Source of the DNA: Escherichia phage UoN_LG358_1
Sequence record: OK570374
Direction: 5' to 3' (one strand)
DNA length: 64,000 bases
Part shown: piece by piece, positions 57,006 through 64,000 of the stretch
Numbering within the stretch: position 1 is the stretch's first letter
How the letters are laid out: every line of letters begins with the position of its first letter
Translations under genes and position numbers: made by a program
Notes under the pieces: generated by a model
Databases searched by the model: none
The model's input: the letters and a program-made list of their open reading frames with translations, nothing else
What the model was told of the DNA's origin: nothing

Positions 57006-57035
57006 ATAGTATCACATCCTTCCATGGATGTAAAC
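57006..57035 (-). promoter_or_regulatory. T4-type early promoter with palindromic spacer
   Basis: - strand GTTTAC 57035..57030, TACTAT 57011..57006. Confidence 0.6.
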
Positions 57036-57037
57036 GG

Positions 57038-57262
57038 TCAACTCAAACTTTTCATTGCTTCTTCAAACGTTAATTTTTTAACTGAAAGATACCGCGCCGA
57101 GCTAATTTTCTTACCATTGCTAAGGACGACCAGTGTCCCGTAGTCCCATCCTGATAAATCTATTGAGTTCCATATATCAACACATACTTGTAGTGACTCA
57201 TCCGCTACTATGAACTTCTCGTGACCATCTCGGTCACGATTGGCAATTAAAACATAAATCAA
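57038..57262 (-). CDS. hypothetical protein (74 aa)
   Basis: ORF overlapping gene 41 stop. Confidence 0.4.
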   Translation of the reverse strand: MIYVLIANRDRDGHEKFIVADESLQVCVDIWNSIDLSGWDYGTLVVLSNGKKISSARYLSVKKLTFEEAMKSLS

Positions 57263-58698
57263 AATTTAAGTTCCTCTGCAAGTGCGTCCAGCTTAGCTCG
57301 GGCTGATGTCTGGTCCGCGCGTTGTTGTCTATTAGCCTCGGCTTTTCGTTGCTGAGCTCCGGATGTTTCAGTAACTGGAGTTGGCTGAGTTCCACCTTCC
57401 TGTGCAATTTCAACCCAGCGTTGATTTCCTTTCTTAACGCCTACCGCAAACTTATTCCAAATATTTTTATCGCCATAACGAGATTTAATCTGCTTGATGA
57501 GTTGTTGTCCCATCTGAGCAAGTTCTTCTGTCTCAATCACAGCAAGCATGAAGTCCGCCGTTGCCGGTAAGCCAGCTGATTCTGCAATGTCGGACATATT
57601 CATATCAGAAGCATCCCATGCACCACGACCAACCTGAGCCGCAGACCAGACGACAGTTTCTGATTCTACCGCCAGCGCACGGAGTTCTTCGGCAATTGCT
57701 TTCACTAAAGTGTAACTGTTTTCAGTATAAACACGAATACGGCAAGAACCACATATTCCTAGATAGTCAATCATAATGATATCAGGAACAAAATTCTTTT
57801 TAAGTTTTAACTCATTTAGTAAAGCTCTAAATGTGTTCGCATTAGCTCCGCCGGTAGGATATTGTTTAATGATTAAACGGCCAAGAGTATTTTTATCTCG
57901 CCATTTTTCCATCTTACCTTTGTATTCTGCATATGACACATTGCCGTCATCAATATCATCCAAAGATACATCAAGTAAGTTAGCATCAATACGTTTAGCG
58001 CAGACCTCCTCGGCCATCTCCATGGAGATATAAAGAACATTCTTACCAGTTTGAAGATAATCAGCTGCTAAAGAACACAATCCAAGAGACTTACCAACGT
58101 TAACACCAGCCATGAGAATGTTGAGAGTGCCAGTTTCTGCCCCGCCCTTAGTGATACGGTTCAAAATATTCATCAAGAATGGAACTTTACGAGCCTTGTT
58201 CTGATACGCTAACCAACGAGCTTCATAATCTTCCATCCAATCATGACCGACATAAGAGTCAAAACTAATAGAAAGAGCTTGACGCATAATGTCTGGAATT
58301 GCTCCAACATCCGGTAATTTTTTGTTTCTTTTTTCTGGCGGTAGTTCAGCGTTCGTTTGAATTTCAATGATTTTTGATGTTGCATTATACATCGCATGAG
58401 ACTGTACATATTTCTCAGTCTCTTTTACCAACCATGCTTGGTCTTCTGGCGTATCTGCTAATTTATCAATTAATTTTTTGGCTTGTTCAGCTTCAGATTC
58501 ACCTAGAGTTGAATTGTCTAACGCAATATTCAAAGCATTGATTGAAGGGACAGATTGATATTCGTTGATATGTTTTTGTAATAAGTTAAACACATTTTTA
58601 GCCGGGCCATGTTCAAAATATTCTGAATCCATATATGGCCAAACTTTTGCGAAATATCCTTGATTAAAAATAAGATGCGATAATATTGTTTCTACCAC
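57259..58698 (-). CDS. 41: replicative DNA helicase gp41 (DnaB-like)
   Basis: 479 aa; Walker A GVNVGKS; RecA-like core. Confidence 0.9.
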   Translation of the reverse strand: MVETILSHLIFNQGYFAKVWPYMDSEYFEHGPAKNVFNLLQKHINEYQSVPSINALNIALDNSTLGESEAEQAKKLIDKLADTPEDQAWLVKETEKYVQSHAMYNATSKIIEIQTNAELPPEKRNKKLPDVGAIPDIMRQALSISFDSYVGHDWMEDYEARWLAYQNKARKVPFLMNILNRITKGGAETGTLNILMAGVNVGKSLGLCSLAADYLQTGKNVLYISMEMAEEVCAKRIDANLLDVSLDDIDDGNVSYAEYKGKMEKWRDKNTLGRLIIKQYPTGGANANTFRALLNELKLKKNFVPDIIMIDYLGICGSCRIRVYTENSYTLVKAIAEELRALAVESETVVWSAAQVGRGAWDASDMNMSDIAESAGLPATADFMLAVIETEELAQMGQQLIKQIKSRYGDKNIWNKFAVGVKKGNQRWVEIAQEGGTQPTPVTETSGAQQRKAEANRQQRADQTSARAKLDALAEELKF

Positions 58699-58708
58699 GG
58701 TAACCTCA

Positions 58709-59068
58709 TTAAAATAATTTGAAACGTTTTTTATTACGCTCAGCTAACGCTTGCTCAATTTGAATTTTAACACATTTTTCAACATGCGGAGCTAGTTCTG
58801 CTTTTCTATCTTCGGATAATGTAGAAAAATCTACAGAAATTTCGTTTCCATTGTGATTTATTGATGTGACATAAACTATATGCGAAGACCCATCTTCTAA
58901 TGTTAGCAAAATTTCTTGTACTATATTAGCCATTGCCTTTTTGACAATATCTAATGATTTTTGGTAAACTCTTTCTGTCCTCTCAAATTCCCCCTCCTGA
59001 GAGGGGGCTTCTTCGACGACTTCAAGATTTAAATCTAATTCGCTTAAATCATAATCGTCTTGTTTCAT
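58709..59068 (-). CDS. 40: gp40-like protein (head vertex assembly), positional
   Basis: 119 aa ORF between uvsX and 41 as in T4. Confidence 0.5.
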   Translation of the reverse strand: MKQDDYDLSELDLNLEVVEEAPSQEGEFERTERVYQKSLDIVKKAMANIVQEILLTLEDGSSHIVYVTSINHNGNEISVDFSTLSEDRKAELAPHVEKCVKIQIEQALAERNKKRFKLF

Positions 59069-60231
59069 TATTCGTCCATCATAGAGTCAAGGTCATCTTC
59101 AATTGCTGCCGGAGACGGAGCATGAGAACCTTCGGGAGCTTTGAAAACCTCAGTTTTTGAATTAATCAATGCATCAACTTCAGCATCAACAACCGCATTA
59201 CTATCAATTGCGCCCAGTTGATATTTACGTTTAATTGCATCACGGAATGGTTGATGCTTGAACATCGGTCCCCAGAAATCTACGCATGATGTAGCTGCGG
59301 CGCGCCATGATTTTTCTTCACGAACCATTTCACCGGTTTCAATGTCCAAATATTCGCGAGCATACCAACCATTTTTTGGTTTAACTACAAACCCAAGCTC
59401 CAATGCCATTTCAAGCAAACCGGAATACGGGTCAATACCACCATCAAATTTAACATCAATAAAGAACTTAGATTTCTCTTTAACTGTACGAGATTTTTCT
59501 GCGTTTAAAACAAACTGATAACCTTGCAAATCAGTACCGTCTTTAATCTGACGTTTGCCGATAATGAACACGGTATCTGCAGAATACATCGGGCCAGTAC
59601 CACCGGTCATTACCGTTTTACTGAACATTTCAATAGTTTCAATTGTATGGTTAACTGCAACACATGGAATGTTCTTAATACTGAAATATGGAGTAACGAT
59701 ACGGAACAGAGATTTCAATGCTTTCGCACGTGTCATATCTGCAACCGATTTTTCATTCAACGCGTCTTCAGTTTCTTTCTTGGAAGCGAGGTTACCAATT
59801 GAGTCGATGAATACAATAACCTTTTCACCACGCTCAATTTCTTCCAGCTGATTTACCATATCAATCTTAAGTTGTTCAACAGACTGAACAGGAGTATGAA
59901 CAACACGGTCAGGGTCAACGCCCATAGATTTCAGATAAGCCGGAGTAATACCGAATTCACTATCATAGAACAGACAAATTGCATCTGGATGTTTTGTCAT
60001 ATAAGCACTGACCATTGTCAGAGACATATTCGATTTAAAGTGCTTTGACGGACCAGCAAAGATTGTTAAACCAGACTGCATACCACCATCTAATGCCCCA
60101 CTGATTGCAATGTTCAGCATCGGAATTTTAGTACGGATAACGTCTTTTTCGTTGAAGAATTTTGACTTAGTTAGTTCCGCGGTCATTTTAGAAGTGGATG
60201 CTTTAATCAGACGAGATTTTAAATCAGACAT
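59068..60231 (-). CDS. uvsX: UvsX recombinase (RecA-like)
   Basis: 387 aa; Walker A GPSKHFKS; acidic C-terminus. Confidence 0.9.
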   Translation of the reverse strand: MSDLKSRLIKASTSKMTAELTKSKFFNEKDVIRTKIPMLNIAISGALDGGMQSGLTIFAGPSKHFKSNMSLTMVSAYMTKHPDAICLFYDSEFGITPAYLKSMGVDPDRVVHTPVQSVEQLKIDMVNQLEEIERGEKVIVFIDSIGNLASKKETEDALNEKSVADMTRAKALKSLFRIVTPYFSIKNIPCVAVNHTIETIEMFSKTVMTGGTGPMYSADTVFIIGKRQIKDGTDLQGYQFVLNAEKSRTVKEKSKFFIDVKFDGGIDPYSGLLEMALELGFVVKPKNGWYAREYLDIETGEMVREEKSWRAAATSCVDFWGPMFKHQPFRDAIKRKYQLGAIDSNAVVDAEVDALINSKTEVFKAPEGSHAPSPAAIEDDLDSMMDE

Positions 60232-60512
60232 TCATTTTTTCCATAAGTCTCCATTATATTTTTCTCATAGGTTTAAAGGATAGAGTAATTATATCAAAAC
60301 AAATTTAAAGCGATTTAACTTTTATTACGCACTTAATTGGTGAGTTGACCATAGATTTTCGGGGTTTAGCCATTTTAACCTCAGGTACATCCTCAGTTCT
60401 TTTAATCCAACTTTTGTATGGACAGTATTTTTCTTTCTTGGTCATGATATTTCCGGTTTAAATTTTTGAAAGAAGGTACACTAGAAGTATACCTTCGCGA
60501 AAATTTTTAAAC

Positions 60513-61589
60513 TTACAGGTCAATAGCCTTGCGGAACTCTTCTTGCCAAATTGGTTTTTCATCAAGATATTTTTGAAGAATTTTGTGCTGATATTTCAAA
60601 GTTTCAACACGGAACTCTTCATCTTCTTTAATCTTGTTGATTTTATCTACTAATTCTTGACGATTACTCACATAAAAGAAATCATTACCTTCCATGATAT
60701 TCATGTCAGGGTCAAACGTGCTATCGAAGAATGCCACTGCAGTAGATGCTAGAGCTTCCCATACACGAGGAGTGATTTGGTTGTTATCGTAGGTTTTATC
60801 ACCTAATACAATAGTAGCATACGCGGTTGAGTTGCGTTGAACCATTTCACGAGAGTCTACTTTACCGGGGAATACCGGCGGAGTCGTCCAAGGAAATTCT
60901 GGGTTCTTGAACTGTTCTGCTTTCACTGAACCAAAGAATTCAACATCCAATCCAGTATCAAATAGGTATTCAACCATTTTAGCTTCACGGTTACCAGAAC
61001 GGAAAGTGCCGCCATAAATCAGGTCTCGCATTTTGATGCCATCTGCGGCAATCTTAAAGACACTATGATACATTTTATGACGGTCCAAAGCAAAATGAAC
61101 GAATTCTAGTTTATCGGATAAACATCCAACTAAACGATCAGAATGAATTTTCTTGCATTGCTCTAGATTTCTTCCTTGAGATACAATACGCATTGGAGAT
61201 GTTACAATGAATTGTTCTTCTTTATATTTACTGGACCATTTCTTTTTAGACATCCTTCGCCAAGCTTGCTCAAACGGAAGACGAATATCGGTGAACAAAT
61301 AATAAATTTTTGATTTATACTTATTCATGAACATATAAGCTTCTTTGTTCATCTTATTTTCTTCGCCGCCATAGAAGTTCAGAGCAGCATTAACGACCAA
61401 TAAGCGGTCATACACATTCGGGTCTTTTACTGAATCGAAAGAAATTCCATACTGTGTATTTTTCATTGAAATAAGGTCAACATCAAGACCCATATCTTTT
61501 AAACATTCGGACAAATAAATTGTTTCTGAAGCAGGGGTTGTTTTAAACCCCTGGATGTTATTGCCCATATTAATAATAGCAATTTTCAT
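60513..61589 (-). CDS. bgt: DNA beta-glucosyltransferase
   Basis: 358 aa; MKIAIINMGNN...ETIYL...KYKSKIYYLFTDIRLPF...IYGG.FRSG.RE.KMVE.LFDTGL...KAIDL matches recalled T4 BGT. Confidence 0.85.
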   Translation of the reverse strand: MKIAIINMGNNIQGFKTTPASETIYLSECLKDMGLDVDLISMKNTQYGISFDSVKDPNVYDRLLVVNAALNFYGGEENKMNKEAYMFMNKYKSKIYYLFTDIRLPFEQAWRRMSKKKWSSKYKEEQFIVTSPMRIVSQGRNLEQCKKIHSDRLVGCLSDKLEFVHFALDRHKMYHSVFKIAADGIKMRDLIYGGTFRSGNREAKMVEYLFDTGLDVEFFGSVKAEQFKNPEFPWTTPPVFPGKVDSREMVQRNSTAYATIVLGDKTYDNNQITPRVWEALASTAVAFFDSTFDPDMNIMEGNDFFYVSNRQELVDKINKIKEDEEFRVETLKYQHKILQKYLDEKPIWQEEFRKAIDL

Positions 61590-62422
61590 AGTGTCGGTTC
61601 AATCTCGCTAAATTTATGAAAAGCATCTGACTTCTGCTTTTTAGCAACACACATACGAAGTACTTTCAAAGGTTCATCAGTACCAAACATAGTTTTGGTT
61701 GGGTCACCTTCTGATTTCCACCGAGCTTGAGTTGGGAAGTCAGCATGAATTTTTTCCAGCGCTCTGTTCTGTTTAGCAGCATTACGCATAGATGATACAC
61801 CGCCTGGAGCTTGTCCTTTACCTGATTTAACGAGATATTTAAAAATCGCCAAATGAGGATAACCCATATTAATGAGTTTAAGAAACGCGTATGTATCTTC
61901 GGATAGGTCTACTATACCATATCCAATGTCATCGGCAGAAAGTTTGCTTAAATCATAAAAAGTATTTGTAAACCCGTAAGAGTTCTCACGGAAATGACCC
62001 CATTTAGAGTCAATCTTGAATATTGGCAAGCGAGCGTGACCATGATAAAAGCCGCAGTCCATCGCTGTTTCAACATAAAGACAAAGATTATTAAATTCAT
62101 CCCAGGTCATTCCAACATCATGGAGAATGCGCCGGTCATCTTTTTCGCGAATTTCCGTTGTATGAATAGTAGTATCATCATCCAACATCCAAATTCGTTG
62201 TCCTTGATACATTTCGGTGATTAAACGACGAGTACCAGCAATCCCATTTACATCATCCGGGATAGTTACTATTTTAGCAATTGTGCTATATCGAGTTTCG
62301 TATTCTTCTTTTTGAGACTCGCGAACTACAAGATGAGCGACATAACCTTCAGGGAACATGTCTAGGGCAGTAACTGCCCCGGCACGATTATAACTTGGAA
62401 TTACAAATTGAATCATTTCCAA
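61586..62422 (-). CDS. GT-A fold glycosyltransferase (second DNA glycosyltransferase candidate)
   Basis: 278 aa; FVIPSYNRAG start and DxD-type motif IWMLDDDTT. Confidence 0.5.
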   Translation of the reverse strand: MEMIQFVIPSYNRAGAVTALDMFPEGYVAHLVVRESQKEEYETRYSTIAKIVTIPDDVNGIAGTRRLITEMYQGQRIWMLDDDTTIHTTEIREKDDRRILHDVGMTWDEFNNLCLYVETAMDCGFYHGHARLPIFKIDSKWGHFRENSYGFTNTFYDLSKLSADDIGYGIVDLSEDTYAFLKLINMGYPHLAIFKYLVKSGKGQAPGGVSSMRNAAKQNRALEKIHADFPTQARWKSEGDPTKTMFGTDEPLKVLRMCVAKKQKSDAFHKFSEIEPTL

Positions 62423-63150
62423 TAACCTTTGTAATCTTTCTTTGGTATATGAGTTTCACCAGTGTGATAAAAATGGTCAACTAGATAAAATTGATTTTCA
62501 TATACATGGAGGCTTCCGGCGTTCCAAATAATGTCACCAACTACATATTTTTTATCGCGACCGCAGTTAAGTGTCTGTACTAATAATTCTAATACATGTT
62601 TTTGCCAAGCATAGTCATTACGATAACCTGCCCAGCAATCGTTGCTTCTCATACTCACAACAGCATGAACTTGCTCATCGCGAATTAAGTATTGAACCGT
62701 GTTTGTACACATGAAATCACTCATACCGTCACGGTTATAATCAGTCTGCATACTTGGACGAGTATAAATCATAATTCCACGGCGAGAATCTGGATTGACA
62801 CTCAGTTCAGCCGCACAACTTGCAAATTGGCTATAATTATCTTTATTCCAAATCGCCCATCCGTAGTTTGAGTTAATCTCGCCGTTTTTGGATGAAATCT
62901 GGTCCCAAATTGCTGGAGTTTTTCCTGGAATGTCTTTAACGAATAAACTTTGAGACTTATACCATTCTAATTCGCGGGCTACATACTCATCATTAACTGA
63001 ACCAAAAATAAGTTCTTCATCTGCAACAAAAGACGCGCCGATAATTTCAATAGTTTTTACGCCAGTTTTGTCAATAACAAACTCTTCATTTTCGAGAGCT
63101 ACAGCAAATTCCTGACGAATGTCTTGTACTGTCAAAGGTGTGATAATCAT
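62413..63150 (-). CDS. 42: dCMP hydroxymethylase gp42
   Basis: 245 aa; ...DKTGVKTIEIIGASFVADE...RELEWYKSQSLFVKDIPG...PDSRRGIMIYTRPSMQ.DYN.DGMSDFMCTNTVQYLIRD matches recalled T4 gp42. Confidence 0.9.
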   Translation of the reverse strand: MIITPLTVQDIRQEFAVALENEEFVIDKTGVKTIEIIGASFVADEELIFGSVNDEYVARELEWYKSQSLFVKDIPGKTPAIWDQISSKNGEINSNYGWAIWNKDNYSQFASCAAELSVNPDSRRGIMIYTRPSMQTDYNRDGMSDFMCTNTVQYLIRDEQVHAVVSMRSNDCWAGYRNDYAWQKHVLELLVQTLNCGRDKKYVVGDIIWNAGSLHVYENQFYLVDHFYHTGETHIPKKDYKGYWK

Positions 63151-63434
63151 TTTGCCTCTTTAATTACGATAATTTGTTGAGGTTGGTTATTTTTTCGCTC
63201 GGCGACGAATGCCCAAATTAAAGCAACCAACCATCCAATGAAAGTCCAACCAAAAATAAGATTTAAAAAGAAAATTCCAACATTAGATTTTGTCCCACGA
63301 AGAAGAGCAATAATCCACGGAAGAAAATACGCTAAAAACGCTAAGAACAATGAACCAAAACCAAGTGCCGCTGTACCCAATACGATAGTTTCCATTATAA
63401 TTTCCTCTATTTTATCAAATGATTTATTTAGCAT
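63147..63434 (-). CDS. small two-TM membrane protein, Imm-like by position
   Basis: two hydrophobic helices; directly upstream of gene 42. Confidence 0.45.
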   Translation of the reverse strand: MLNKSFDKIEEIIMETIVLGTAALGFGSLFLAFLAYFLPWIIALLRGTKSNVGIFFLNLIFGWTFIGWLVALIWAFVAERKNNQPQQIIVIKEAK

Positions 63435-63870
63435 TTTTAGCCATACATTTATTAAAAGCTTTCACTTTTCCGCCTGAACGATAATGAATAACTGCCAGAC
63501 GAGTTTTATTATTTGGATTTTTGAAGTATTGTTCACGAAGAACTTCTTCATGAGCTTCTACCACAAATTCACACATTCTGATAGCTTTTTCCTTTTTATC
63601 GAGTGCAGCTTGACGTTCATCACCTTCAGCTACTGATTTTTTAATTGCAGCTTCAAGCGGACTATTCGCGCGCCGTTCTTCAATTTCTTTAATAGCGTTA
63701 AGAGTTTCCTGCGAGACTTGAGAAGTTGCACGAGTATAAACCATCCCAGAAGCTGGTTTGTAAACCAAATTACCTTCACTTCCATAATGTGGTTGCGAAT
63801 AAGGTTGAATAGAACAACCTGCTAAAGTAGTTGCTGCTAGAACAATCAGTGATTTCAAATTAAATTTCAT
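63424..63870 (-). CDS. putative lipoprotein
   Basis: MKFNLKSLIVLAATTLAGCS signal/lipobox; start set at MKFNL. Confidence 0.45.
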   Translation of the reverse strand: MKFNLKSLIVLAATTLAGCSIQPYSQPHYGSEGNLVYKPASGMVYTRATSQVSQETLNAIKEIEERRANSPLEAAIKKSVAEGDERQAALDKKEKAIRMCEFVVEAHEEVLREQYFKNPNNKTRLAVIHYRSGGKVKAFNKCMAKNAK

Positions 63871-63900
63871 TTTATTTTCCTCATTTGTTTTGATGAGATA

Positions 63901-63930
63901 ATAGTAACACATCCTTCCATGGATGTAAAC
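63901..63930 (-). promoter_or_regulatory. T4-type early promoter with palindromic spacer
   Basis: - strand GTTTAC 63930..63925, TACTAT 63906..63901. Confidence 0.6.
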
Positions 63931-63945
63931 GGTTAGAAGTCAAAC

Positions 63946-64000
63946 ATATCTTCTAACGATGCTTTCTCTTCGTAGTCCATACCAGCAGCCTCACACATGC
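63946..64000 (-). CDS. 43: DNA polymerase gp43, C-terminal fragment (gene starts beyond window end)
   Basis: - strand reads ...MDYEEKASLEDMFDF-stop, resembling the clamp-binding C-terminal tail of T4 gp43 as recalled. Confidence 0.55.

Noticed and set aside
1-64000. tRNA or rRNA genes, integrase or prophage boundary
   Set aside because: Nothing resembling a tRNA cloverleaf or rRNA was noticed on reading, and there is no integrase; the window is a lytic phage early/late region, though a dedicated tRNA scan was not possible

Overview
This window reads as a contiguous 64 kb segment of a T4-like (Tevenvirinae) myovirus genome, in the same gene order and orientation as T4 from gene 30 (DNA ligase, partial at the left edge) to the C-terminus of gene 43 (DNA polymerase, partial at the right edge). 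All calls rest on reading the six-frame translations, recalled similarity to T4 proteins, motifs and synteny; no database search was run. Almost everything is on the - strand (early and middle genes): 30, 31, cd, pseT, alc, rnlA, denA, nrdB, nrdA, td, frd, 32, 59, 33, dsbA, rnh, then asiA, motA, 52, ndd, denB, rIIB, rIIA, 60, 39, dexA, dda, an ADP-ribosyltransferase, soc, 56, 61, 41, 40, uvsX, bgt and 42. The only + strand block is the late long-tail-fibre and lysis cluster 34-35-36-37-38-t (23347-32806). Mobile elements: a group I intron in td carrying the GIY-YIG homing endonuclease I-TevI, and three paralogous free-standing HNH homing endonuclease genes (nrdA/nrdB, 39/60 and 61/41 junctions). 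The most notable signal is a gene 60-type translational bypass (hop) element at 43455-43640, with GGU take-off and GGC landing codons, beside a frameshifted HNH gene. Other points worth follow-up are a second GT-A glycosyltransferase next to bgt, a cluster of small very acidic early proteins between frd and 32, an accessory insertion between genes 61 and 41, and about 16 copies of a conserved early promoter plus leader cassette. No tRNA, rRNA or CRISPR array was seen.
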